Shown here in pieces: positions 35,333 to 49,095 of a stretch of DNA of 64,000 nt. The translations under genes and the position numbers were made by a program. The notes beneath the pieces were generated by a model. The model saw nothing but the letters and a program-made list of their open reading frames with translations, made no database searches and had not been told where the DNA came from. This DNA is from Blastocystis sp. Blastoise (Eukaryota; Protista; Bigyra: Opalinata), in contig JBBPEB010000027.1 in assembly GCA_039096225.1 (NCBI GenBank), positions 434,001-498,000 of the forward strand, read 5' to 3'. Each line of letters begins with the position of its first letter. Position 1 is the stretch's first letter.

Positions 35333-35740
35333 TTCTTTTTATATCTTATTTTTATTCAATAAAATAATAGTTCAATCTAAAATATCAATTACTTTTCAGT
35401 GAAATAAATATGTTTTTATAAAATTAAAATTTTTCGTTTAAAAACACTGTGTTTTAGATGGCCTATATATTAAAAATATTACTTTTTTATATTAATTATT
35501 TAAAAAGTCAAAATTGAAGAACACAACACATTTATTATTACAATTAAATTTAAATAAAACGTTAATTTTATTATAAAATATTAATAATAATAAAAAAAAA
35601 GAAAGATAAACGCAAATTAATTAAATAGAATACAAAATAGTAATACAAGCATTACTATACAATATAAAATATATTATTACAATAAAAAAAATATATAAAT
35701 ATTCATAATAAAATATATATTATATATATTAAAAGAATAT

Positions 35741-38607
35741 TTAAGCTTCAATAATAGCTTTAAGAGCTTCAGCAGCAGCTTTAGCAATAACACTATTAGA
35801 AGCACGAACAGTAGTACGGACAGCTCCTTTAGAATTAAATTCAAATTTACAGAAGAAATTAACAGTAGCAGGTTTTCCTTTAACAACAGTACTAGTAGTA
35901 AAAGTACCAGCAGCAAATACTTTAGAATCAGAATCATTTTCAACTTCACCTAATCCAAGAGTATCAAGTATTTCAGTAAGACCTTCAGCGTCATAATCTT
36001 CATTAAATTTATATACTTGTTTAGATTCTTTTTCTTCAGAAATAGCATCAAATTTCTTATCAAAAGTATCTTCTTCCATTTCTTCAATAGCTTCAGAGAA
36101 AGAAAGAACAACTACAGGTAAAGGAATAGGAAGAGAATAACTCTTTCCTTTACAAGTAAAAGCAACAGTTAAAATAGGAGATTCACCAAATGGTTTTTTA
36201 GATTCAAAAGTAACTTTTTCTTTACAATTACCTTTAGGTTCAATAGTATCATCAACTTCACCTTCTTCAATTTCAAGTCCATTAACTTCTTCAATAGAAG
36301 CAGAGAAATCTTCTAAAGTAGCATTACCTTTATTAGTAAAGAAGAAAGTAATAGAACCTTCAGCACCTTCAAATGATTTTTGAATACCTACTTGAATACG
36401 AGCATCTTGATATAAAACAGCTTTATTCTTAATAAGACAATTAAGATACCAACCAGCCATCTTTTCTTCAGTTTCTTCATCAATACCTTGTTCTTCACCA
36501 TCATCTTCATCTTCTTCTTCTTCTTCCTCTTCTTCATCATCCTCCTCTTCTTCTTCATCATCATCATCATCATCATCACTATCGTCGTCACTATCATCGT
36601 CATCATCATCTTCATCATCACTACCTTCTCTCTTTTCATCATTAGCATGTAATTTCATTTCAAGTACATTTTCATGATCTTCATCAAAAGCAGGCATAGG
36701 AGCAAGAACATCTTCTAATACATCACTTTCACCTAAAGCAGTATATTCAACAGCACGTTGTTGTATTTCAGCATCAAGATGAGTTAAAGCATTTTCAAAT
36801 ATACTATTAATTTCATCATCTAATTCTTCAAATTGAGCCATTAATTTAGCAAAAGAAGAAATCATCATAGCTTGAGTTTCAAGAGATACTTTATAATAAT
36901 GTTTTTGAAGTGTTTCAAGAATATCTTCAGGAATAATAGCTTCTTCATCCTCTTCATCTTCTTCTTCAGGTACAATTAATTCAGCATATTCACCAAGTAT
37001 ATAACAACCAAGTTTAACAACATGTTCATGAACATTAGATGCTTGAAGAGCTTCATACATCTTTCTAGCAGTATATTCTTGTAAATCTTCTTGTTGTGAT
37101 ACAATTTGTACACATCTATGCCAAATATCATCAGAAACATAATCACCAGAAACAGAGATTAAAGCAAGAATAGTATCAACATACCATTCATAATCTGAAG
37201 TAAAACGTTCTGCTAAAATAGCTACTTTAAGTGCCATTTCTTCTTTAATCATAAAATCAGGTGTCTTTAAATGTTCTAATAAAGCAGCAACAATAACTTC
37301 AGCATTATCTTCATCACACATAGCAAATAACATTTGAAGAGCTCTCTTACGAATAGATATATCTTCATCATTAAGAGATTCAAGAATAGTATCTTGATGT
37401 TTTTGAATCTTTTCAGAAACACCATCTAATAAAGCAAGACGAGACATAGCTTCTAAACCAAGATAACGAATATTAGGTTCTTGTACAGAAATATATCTAC
37501 CAAGAGAATTAACTACAGAAGCACGTAATTCTTCATCAGTATCATTACCATAAGAAATAACTAAATTAACAGCTTCAAAAAGAATAGCATGAGCAACATT
37601 ATTTTGATTAAAATTCTTAGTCATTTCAGTCTTAGTTAAAATACGACGAAGAATATCTTCTAATAAACTAATTTCTCTCTTACTTTCAGGATAAGCAATA
37701 TGTTTAAGTATACGAAGACAATTTACAGTTAACCAAGGACAACAAACACTGTAATATATATAATTAGGAGGGCAATCATTATTTAATACAAGTTTTTCAA
37801 GTTGTTTAATACAAATTGTTCTAATATCTTCATGGCATTTACTAGTATAAGGTACAACAGCAGAAATTAAACCTGAAGTAGCTACACGAATACCAAAATT
37901 ATTATCTTCTAATAAACCTAAACATCTAGGTACCCATTCAGTACCTACAATATCAGGGCAAGAACGATATAAAGAAAGAAGAGTAAGAATAGACTTCTTC
38001 TTTACGATAAGAGGTGTAGTAGATTTAGTAACAAGATTTAATACATCATCTAATACAGTTTCAGCAAGATCTCTACCACTAAGGTTAGCACAAGCAGCAA
38101 GAGCTAAACATTGATTATTTTCAACTCCACCAATAATATCATTTCTTATAGAGTTAACAATAAGAGTAAAAAGTTCATCAGTATTCTTAAAAAGAATAGA
38201 ACAAGCCATGTAACCAACTTGCTTTTCTTGGAAAGAAGGAGCAGAAATTAAAGTAATAACTTCCATATGACCAAAATCAACTTCATAACCAAGAAGTACA
38301 CTAAAAAAAAATAGAAAGATATATAAATGATTATAAAAAAATAATAGTATATAAGTGAATTTATATTGATTAGCAATGACAGATAATAGTAAAATCATAT
38401 GTATATCAAAAATTTATAATATATAGAAATATACATGTAAACAATCTTCCAAACATATTTTTTACGATCATAAACAGAAACGTTAGGTTTACTGAAGTTA
38501 GCTCTGATATTTTGAAGTTCTTTTTGAACACGGGCAGTTTCAGCTTCCTTTGATGTACATCCTCTAATTTCTTGGATGAAATTAGTTAAACCTCTCATAG
38601 AACTCAT
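35741..38607 (-). CDS. AP2A: AP-2 complex alpha-adaptin, 2 exons (intron 38301-38434)
   Basis: MRGLTNFIQEIRGCTSKEAE..RVQKELQNIRANF..YDRKKYVWKIVYIVLLGYEVDFGHME; EPNIRYLGLEAM; EEMALKVAILAERF; DAEIQQRAVEY; ear domain VLYQDARIQVG. Confidence 0.97.
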
Positions 38608-40125
38608 TTTGTTTTATTTTGGGGGAAATAAACGATAAAAATATATATAATTAAAATGCAAAGATTTTATTATTCATTGAAGACTTTATGCAGCGAAACC
38701 ATTCATTTTATATAAAGATCCTGTGTCGATGCATTAGGGAAAATGATCTTCATTATATTCACGATTATTCTATAATTTGAACATTCATAAAATAATCAGG
38801 GGAATATTCTCTTATTCTTATTTTTTTTGAATGAATTCCTTTATTCGTTGCTTAATTAAGTTTATTAAATATATTTTTAATTCTTATAGCTTTTATTCAT
38901 GCTTATCTATGCAATCAAATATTTATCAAGTATATATGTGACATACTTTTATTAATTCTTAGAGAATTAATAATAGATTTCATGTTTCATATTACTAACA
39001 GAACAGTACTTGCGTTTTTCTATAGATTTAGAGAGAATATTGATGATTTCTAAAGCATTGAAAAATTTACGTTGCATATCTTGATATTATCAATATCAGC
39101 GATGTTATACTGAATTCTGATTTACGTAAAAAATGATAAGAATGATGACTTATATGTGTATTGACACAGTGAACCTTTTTTTTTATTATTAGTTTTAATA
39201 TATTAATAATATTCAAATCATTTTTTAATTGCTTCTTTTTAGCAATATTTATTTCCTTTTTATTCATTAAATGAATGAATACATATATAGATACATTTGC
39301 CTTGATATATTTTTTATTTTTGAAAATATAGTGAGATAAATATGTTCAAGTAAACTTTAATAGTTCAAAAAATGTACTCAATTTTTAGTATAATATTTAT
39401 TGAAACAATGTTTAATTCTATTGTATTATGAATTGAATTATGGACTTAATAAAACTCTTTTTTTTTTTAATAAAATAGATCTATTTCTATAAATAGAGTA
39501 TTCCAGTTTTAATTATTTTTAATGATATTTCTATGTTTATTTAATGATCATAAGAATGGATGATGGATTTTTATTTTTGAATTTACAGAGAATCATCTTG
39601 AAATCATTGTTGAATTAAATAAAAAAAATCTCATAATCGCTTAGTATCTAAGAGTTTATATATTCAGCAATACGAATATATTATACTAGCTATGAAAGTA
39701 ACGATTATTTGCCCTTTAAAGATTTTTTTATTTTGTTATACATTATTGTTGCTTGATTAGTTATGCTTAGGATATACATTATTTTCATATGTAATATGAG
39801 TTTATAAATAAATTAATATATATAATGAATCAATAATTTAGTTCTTATTATTTTCCATTATAAAAATACAAAAAAAATTATGAGAATTCGATAATGATTC
39901 AGTTTTATTACTAGAATTAATTGTGACAGAGAAAGAAAAAACATTTTGTTAATTATTTTTTATTAGCTTATTACATAAGTAGTCGAATATAATTATATAT
40001 TCAGTTTAATTATTGATTATAAGTAAGTTTCATAAATATTTATTGTATAATTTAAACAATAACCCAAAGTTCATTACATCAGAAGCCTAAAATAATTATT
40101 AATTTATAGTCAGTCATAGATATAA

Positions 40126-40740
40126 ATGAGTGACAAGAAAACTGGTATGATATCTAATTATTGTTAACTATATAGTTTTAGTAACATTTACATTTTAGAT
40201 AATTCTACTATTGAAATAAAGAAGACTTTTTTAAAGGCATATCCCAGTTGTCTATTTAATACCTTAATGAAAGATGAAAACTATTTGGATGAGGAGGGTT
40301 CCTATTATGTTGATGAACTCCCTTTATGTGTGAAATACTTTATAGAAAAGAATAGATACAATTTTAGATCATTTGATGAAGTTCCTCGTGAGTTACTACC
40401 AACGTTCTTACAAACACTACGTACATTCTTTCCTAAGTCAACAGATGTTCAAGTACGTTTCAAAGAATATATGGAAAGTATTTTTCTTACAACATGCATA
40501 GAAAGAGGAATATCAATGTATATTATTATTATCTTTATTGTTATTATATTATTATATTTATTATTCTTATCTTTATGTTTATTGTTATTCTGTTTTTATT
40601 ATTATGTTTATTGTTATTCTGTTATTATTATTAATCAATAATCATAAACTATATAAAAAAAAACTATTTACTGTATAGAATTGATGGGCCTATAACTTAT
40701 CAAACTGATTATGTAATTCTTAACTATACAAGTATTTATT

Positions 40741-40817
<77 letters not shown>

Positions 40818-41435
40818 TCCTAATGAATGGATTTGTAATCGATTAAATGGATTTCAAGATTTTTTGATTAAAAAAAATGTTAAATATATTCAATTTATTT
40901 GTATATATAATACCATTATTATTATTATTATTAATATATTTACTTTATTATATAGTAAATACAAAAACGAGATATTCTTTAAAAGCTTTAGTATCTCCTT
41001 CTCTTCTAAAGTATTATCCTTTTATTAAGGGAATTATTATGCAATGTATATATATATTTATATATATATATATTAGCTATCAAAAATAAAATTATATTCG
41101 TAATTTCTTTTTATAAATATTTTAGTTACTCTATATTTAATATATATATATATATAGATCAACTCAGTGGTAATGAAGTTATCTACTCATACAACGAAGG
41201 ATATATAAATGAAAATAATATATGTATATATTTGTTTTTATATATTTTTTCAATTAATCTCATGTTTTATTGTTTTTGTTTTTATTTATAGTAATTCCTG
41301 ATAATAGTTATGTCCACTCCATCACAGTGTATATATTATTATTATTATGTTTTTTTATTATGTTTTTTTATTATGTTTTTTTATTATGTTTTCTATTTTT
41401 TTTTTATTATGTTTTTTTATTATGTTTTCTATTAC

Positions 41436-41469
<34 letters not shown>

Positions 41470-41568
41470 TATTATTATTCATATAGTCATCAATGGCGAG
41501 ATCAATCGTTGGATGATGTTCTTTCATTATTATCTGGAAACGAGATTAAGACAGTTCGTAACTTTTCT

Positions 41569-41612
<44 letters not shown>

Positions 41613-41721
41613 GATGGAAAAAATATTCAACGTTTTATTTCATTTTTACATAATATGACATACTCATACTTAAGAAGATTCTATATTTTCACTTGTGGTA
41701 TATATATATATATATATATAT

Positions 41722-41802
<81 letters not shown>

Positions 41803-42438
41803 TATTACTACTACTACTATTTCTTATAGAATACAATAATTGTTTTGAAGTAATTCCACAATTTTTATCTTTTGGATGTTCATTAAACATTACTTTTTTT
41901 GAAGAAACTGTGTTTTATAAGAATAATAAATGCATGACATATATACCTGAACAAACTCATGACAATCCCAAAGATATAGAAAAAATTAGTATATATATTT
42001 ATATATGTTATATTCAATATAGTATTATAATATTTATATATTTATATATTTATTACTATATTTATATTAATATATTTATTGACTATATTCATTTATTTAT
42101 TTACTACTCATAATCAATATATATATAAATTTATTTATTTATAGAAATTGATATATCCTTTTTCGTTAATCATCTCATGGATGATTATTTCAGAAAAAAT
42201 TTAATAGATACAATATATACTTTTTATGATCTTATTTCAACTATTACTATATGTAAGCATATATATATAAATTATTATTATTATTATTATTATTATCATA
42301 TTTTTAACACAATATATATTTTATATAATTAGATATAAGCAACAAAAAACAAACTATTGAAACAAATCCTAAATTTATTAAGTATTTCATGGAAATTCAA
42401 AATATAAACAAAGATCTTATGGTTACAATTATGCCTTG

Positions 42439-42474
<36 letters not shown>

Positions 42475-42565
42475 TTTTACATATTATTATCAAAGGTTAT
42501 ATTGTTCTTTTAGTCTTTTTTAATTTTTATCTATGAAATCATTATTTATATAGAATAAATTCTAA
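40126..42565 (+). CDS. BTB/POZ-like N-terminal domain protein (lineage-specific family), many short exons
   Basis: MSDKKT|DNSTIEIKKTFLKAYPSCLFNTLMKDENYLDEEGSYYVD resembles a T1-type BTB and the paralogue at 46877. The 3' end is uncertain. Confidence 0.6.
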
Positions 42566-43246
42566 TCAAAAAAGTTTTCCTTTGTCAATAAAAATATATT
42601 TGTATTATTTTTATATATTTATCTATTTTTATTTTTCTATATAAATATGTAATTATTTTTTTATCACTTTTTCTATTTATCTTCATTTTTTAATTAAATT
42701 CTATCTCTTTATAAACTATTATTTTATTATTTTTATATTATTAAATTCTTATTATTATTATGTGTTATAAAAATATTTGAATTTTATTTTATAAAATATG
42801 TATATATTTTATTATTTATATAAATACTCCCTTTTTGTTTGTCTTACTCCTTTATAGTCTTCAAATAATATAAATCACTTATAATTTTAAAATAGATTTA
42901 GATAAAAATATATTTTAAAAAACTTATTATTAAGATATATAAAATTGTTCAACTTTTTACTAAATATTTAAGAAGTGATACTATTAGAAGATCTTTTTAT
43001 TAACAACAATATAATACTTAGTTTATTATATTTCTAGTATATAAATACATTATTTTGTCAATAATTGAAAATAACACATTAATAAATAATATAAAAACAA
43101 TATTTGATTAATTATTTATATATATATATATAAAGAATTATTAAATAGCAACAAACAAAACAACTTTATATTTCCATTACATTTTAAATAAACTATAATA
43201 TATATACATTCTATATACAATATATACAAAAACAAATTTGTATAGA

Positions 43247-45635
43247 TTAGTGAGGAACTGAATAAATTGATGTAATAAAAATAGTATCGTTATTTACTGT
43301 ATTTGTGGATTCATAATTATCAACTATTGAATTTATTTGATTATAGATCAATGATTGTTTGTCACAATATATAGAATTAGTAATAAAATCTCCTATATAA
43401 ATAGATATATAGAAATAAAATATATGAACTATTATATATATTATATAGTTATACCAAGTTGAATATAATTTAAATAAGGCATATTCTCTTTAGTTATATA
43501 TTTAACCGCGGGAATCAACGAAGAAAATGAAAAAGGACAACATACTATAAATAGAATTAAAATAATATATATATATATATACATATAATCATTAATTTCT
43601 TAATATTATATAAACATTTATGTTGAATCATTTCTCCAAGAAATTGGAAACATTCTTGGGTCAAAGTAATAACTATATATATATATATATATATGCGAAT
43701 ATAATATATAATATACATTCAAATTGAATAGTATTTAAAGAAGGCAAATAATTGGCTAATAATTGATCTTGTAACGACTGAAGAAAAGGAATTGATATAG
43801 ACGCTCCTATATATATATAAACTAATAAAAATACTAAATATATATCACATAAAATAATTTTAAAAAAGAAATACATAATTATATATATAATAATAAACAA
43901 TATATATATACTTGATAAATATAACGTCTGTAAATAGGGTATTGGCTGGTTTAGTGCTGAAAGTGACTGAATATCATAACAATCATTCATATTATCTATA
44001 TACATATACATATATATTGAGGAATAAATATTTTAAAAAAAGAAATGTATATATACAATTGACTGATAGTGAATTCAAACTTTTAGTGGTTAACGGGGAA
44101 CACAACGAGAATAGTATTTCTTCAAATTTTATAGTTTCAATAGAATTATTCGTAACATAAGAAATTTCTAAAAATAATATATAATAATAATATTATATAT
44201 ATATATATATATATACGTTGATTAATTGTGAGTTTTTGGCATATATTAATAAGAAGAATTGAAAATAAATGCTTAATTATTTTTAAGAAGGATTCAGATA
44301 ATGTACTAACTAATATAATTATAGATATATAATTATAGATATACATGTAATAGAGAGTGAGTGAATTGATTGAATATTTATATAAGTATCTGTAGATATA
44401 GTATTATATATAGTATCTAAACTTTCAATTGATTCTGGGACTATATATGTATATATATATTATTATTATTATTATATATTCAAATATATATATATATAGA
44501 ATTACAATTAATATAAAGATTATTAATGGATTGAATAGGTATGTTTTGCAATATATAGGCTAATATAGGGTAGCAAGAAGAATAACCTATATATATACAA
44601 TAAAATAGAAGATATAAACTTATATATATATACAAAAAACATTTATCGATTGAATAGTACCTTGGAGGCTATTTAATAATATATTTTTTAGTTTATTTGT
44701 TAATTCATCAGATATAGAATAATCTATATATATATATATATAAATATATAAATAAATATAAATAAATATAAATATACAATTCAGAATAAGATTTGATTTA
44801 ATAACTAAGCGTTTTGATTGGCTAAGAAGAAATAGTATTTCCAATATAGGAATATAATCATCTCCACCACCTATATATATAGGAAGTAGAGACAAATATA
44901 TATATAGTATATAATGAAATAATATAAACAAATAAGACTAATAAATGATTTAAATAATAATAATTCTTATTCTTTAAAACTATGATAATAGTTTTATATT
45001 TATATACATAAATATCGATCTAGCACAACTGTCCATGTTGTGTCATTATATATATACTCCAGAAAAGATGCTAATGACCGATTTATAACCATATCTATAT
45101 ATATAGAAGATATAGAATATATATATATATATATATATACCTTTAAAAATAATAGTTTTAAGATGTTTCAGATTTGTTATAACATTTGGCGGGAAGAAAA
45201 TGGAGGGAAATGATGGAATAGGAGATATAATATCTGTATATATATTATTATTATTATATTAATATTATATTTATTATATTTTGTTTATTATATATAAATA
45301 CCATGAAATATTAGTGTTTCTAATAATGGATAATAATTTTCATTAAGAATTGGAAATAGATAATTATATGTATAACTATCGACAGAATATTCATGTAATA
45401 ACTCTATATATATTATTATATATATAATATATATAATATATATACTTAATGATAGTTGTGTAATATTCGAGAAACAGGGATCTTTCATATAATCGTGAAA
45501 AACCATTGTAGATAACGTAGGTAAATCTATATTTATATTATTTATATAATATTATATACCTAAGGAAGTAATATCAAGATTTGTTATATGTTCATATTTC
45601 TTAGTTTTTAAATATTGAGTAATTTGATTAAAATG

Positions 45636-45673
<38 letters not shown>

Positions 45674-46030
45674 ATGAATATACCAGGAAGAATATCGAAA
45701 TTAAATTGATGTATAGATTGATCTTGGAGGGAAGAAAGCGAGGGAAACAGAAAATCAGGATAAAAATCAGAATGAATATAAAAATTACTATAAGAATAAT
45801 AATATTATGATTATACTTATTTATTATAATACTGATTATACTTATTTTTATTATATATATATACATTGTATCGATAACATAATGTGAATTTGAATCTAAA
45901 TCTATATAAGTATAATAATAATAAGTATAATAATAATAAGTATAATAACTATATATATACTATCATTTTTCTTTTCATAAGTTATAGTTATATTATTATT
46001 TGAATAATAATTGTCATCATCTTCATTAAC

Positions 46031-46067
<37 letters not shown>

Positions 46068-46877
46068 TTTACGCATCAATTGAACCGATTGTAAATATGG
46101 AAATAATTGCGGGAATTTTGAACTTAATAATAATTGAATACTGTTATATTGTTTATTAAGAACTATAAAATGAATATATATATATATATATTTCGTGGTT
46201 AAATGAATAATACAAGTTATTTAATATCATTATATATACTATTAATTATTATTTTGTTTATATGTAAATATTTGAATATAAATGAGAAATGAGATAAATA
46301 TTCATATTCAGTTTCTGTTCCAAAAACTAGATATATATAATTAAATCATTAAAAAAAAACATAAAATACTCTTTATATATAGATATACATTTATTCATAG
46401 TTATTTGAATCGAATCATCAATATTAATGAGATCTGCTATTTCACAATTAATTAAATTGAGATTCTCTTTAGGTATAATTTGAGTAATTATATGATTATT
46501 TGAACAATATAACGAAAAACTAGATGCACCAAAAGCAATTATTGTCTTTAGCATATCTTCATTATTAAAGAATATCTTCATACAAGAATATAAAGTTTCA
46601 ATTTCCGTAATATCTTCAAAATCTTCAAATTGTAATGACCTAGTTAAATAGTTATAAGGTATCCTAAAGCTGTTTGAATCAAAATCGACAAACCAGGCAT
46701 CTTCATCTTTTAAATAGTTATTCGAATCTTTCATAATAGAGTTTAATGTGCAAAATGGATACTTTTTCAAAAATGAAGAAGATACAAGAATTGTTTTTTC
46801 ATCCTGAAATAAAAATTTAACTATAGAAACACTACTGAAACAGAAATCAATAGAAAGAATATACTTTGAGATTCCAT
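43247..46877 (-). CDS. BTB/POZ-like plus LRR-like repeat protein, many short exons
   Basis: MESQ|IKFLFQDEKTILVSSSFLKKYPFCTLNSIMKD..AWFVDFD; downstream exons each end in LRR-like YPLLETLIF, YLQTLYLS, LPSLNTIQF, MPYLNYIQL; stop at 43247. Confidence 0.65.
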
Positions 46878-47579
46878 TAGTATTTGTATTCACGTATTTT
46901 TATGATTCTGATATAATTTCAATATAAATCGTAACGTTTCTATACTATTCAAAGAATAATTCACTTTAAATATATATGAAAAGTATGATTTGAATAAAGA
47001 TTTTTAATGTTTTTTTTCTCTTTTCTCTTGTGAAATAATGATTTGTAATATAAATGTTTATTTTATTGGCTTGCATATAGTATTCTGCATGGATATATAC
47101 CATGATCTCATGGTTTGTACTCATTTTTTTTCCAATCAATCTTCTGTAACCAATTATTTTCCTTTAAATATGTTTTTAAAATGAATCTGAAATGATTGCA
47201 AATACGTTTTAAACATAATATTGAGTAATTAGCGTACATACTTTCTATAAATGAATGTTTTCTATCGAAGATCAAGGTTTAAAATGAAGATTACTTGCTA
47301 ATTATTGTTTCTGAGCGAAACGAAGAGTATCAGAATAATAGAATACGTAGTATTATTGACATGCATTCATTAGAATGAGTTAAAAACAAAAATCATTGAA
47401 AATAATACTTTGAATAACATAAGAAATGATATAAAAAAAATGATTCACCATCAATAAGATATATATATATAAATATGATGAATAGCAAATAAAATGAAAC
47501 TAAGAATATTTACATATTCCAAAAAAAGTAAACATCATTAAAAACAAGTAATTTTTAATAAATTTTATTTTTATTTAAC

Positions 47580-47822
47580 TTATAAGAATCGCTTGACATC
47601 ATCAATATCTATATATATATATATATATATTATTATTATTAATATTAATTAAATATATATATATATATATACTACCAGAATATTCATTAATACAACGAAC
47701 TAGTCTTGATGATTTAATAGTAGCAGTAGTCTATATATATAAAATTTATTATTATTTTAAATAATAAAAAAGTATACTAATAAAACCATAATAAAAACAA
47801 AAATATTAATAAAAACAAAAAT

Positions 47823-47856
<34 letters not shown>

Positions 47857-48731
47857 CCATCATAATAATAATCTATATATATACAGAGAAAAGAATAAAG
47901 CAAAGAAGAGTTCCTAATAAGAAGAAGAACATTTCATTAGGAACTTCCATTTCTACATTAAATCCTAATACAATTAAAAGGAAACAAAATAATACATCTA
48001 AAATAGTCAATATTACATTACCAATTTTAAGTGAATAAGTTTTTAAAGATTTAGCACCAGTTATAGATTCACAGAAACCATATAAAGGTAATAATAATAA
48101 CAAATTTAAAGGGAAAAGATTAATAGTTAAAAATAATAAACCAATTGTTAAAATCTATATAGATAAATAATGTTAATTTGATAATATTTATAAAATTTAA
48201 TATGCATAAGATACTAATATATATATAAAGAAAAATACACAAAAAAAACAAAAAACATATAGATATATAAATAAAAAACATCAAAAAACATCAAAAACAT
48301 ACGTTACCAAAGATACCAGCACAATAAATTGAATGACTAAGCTTTATTATTTCTTTCTTTTGTTTTTCAATGAGATCATGAGTATGATTAGCAGTAGGTT
48401 GAGAAATTTGAATAACTTGAGAATTAGTTATAGGAGATAAAGGTAATTGAACTGTTTGAGTTAAAGATGCAGGAGGTCCTTGAATCATAGTAGGTTGAGG
48501 AGCTTGTACATAATAAGGAATAGCAGGTTGACTTGCAGATTGAATGTATTGATTAGTAGCAACACTATTTGGATCATAAGCATAGGGTAATTTTCCTTGT
48601 AAATTGTTATTTGCCATAATAGGTACTTGAGTTTGAGTAGCTACAGGAAGAGGATTTGCATAAACTACTTGTTGAGGATATCCTGTAGCAGAAGGGAAGA
48701 TATTATATTGATTATTATTATTTGAGTTCAT
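47580..48731 (-). CDS. Membrane protein with a Pro/Gln/Tyr-rich N-terminus and about 4 TM helices, 4 exons
   Basis: ORF 48291..48731 (P/Q-rich) splices to a hydrophobic exon (ORF 47873..48103); ends DDVKRFL-TAA. Confidence 0.7.
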
Positions 48732-48783
48732 TATTGAAGTTAATAAGTATGTTAATACACAACTATATCAAAGATTAAAAATA

Positions 48784-48905
48784 AAGTACCTGAAACAGAC
48801 TGACCTCCTGCACCAAAGTGACACTTTTTCTAAAAAAACATAATTCTCATGGGAATTTATTTTATTACAGTTAAAAATATTAAAAAAACATGGAAATCAG
48901 TTTTT
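48784..48905 (+). repeat. Left TIR (122 bp)
   Basis: AAGTACCTGAAACAGACTGACCTCCTGCACCAAAGTGACAC...GGAAATCAGTTTTT is the reverse complement of 50598-50719. Confidence 0.95.
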
Positions 48906-49095
48906 TCTTCTTAATTGTTAAACAAAACAATACGTGATAACAAATATATATAATAAATAAAAAAATTATAAAAAAAAAAATGAAAAAAAATATATAGAAA
49001 TTATAATAATTAGCATGAATATTAGTACTATAGTATAAATTAGTAATTAATAAATAAAAAGAATATATTTATATATAATTATTAAGAAGAATATA

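Noticed and set aside
38700-40050. Long complex intergenic region, possible ncRNA or transposon relic
   Set aside because: No TIR, ORF, tRNA or snRNA signature that I could identify by eye.
46878-46893. GTG start of ORF 46327..46893, and other TTG/GTG starts in the track
   Set aside because: Eukaryotic genes; an ATG at 46877 plus a short intron gives the correct frame.
47283-47335. ATGAAGA...CTGA and CTGAGCGAAAC resembling a C/D snoRNA or hammerhead core
   Set aside because: Too short, no supporting stems or complete consensus.
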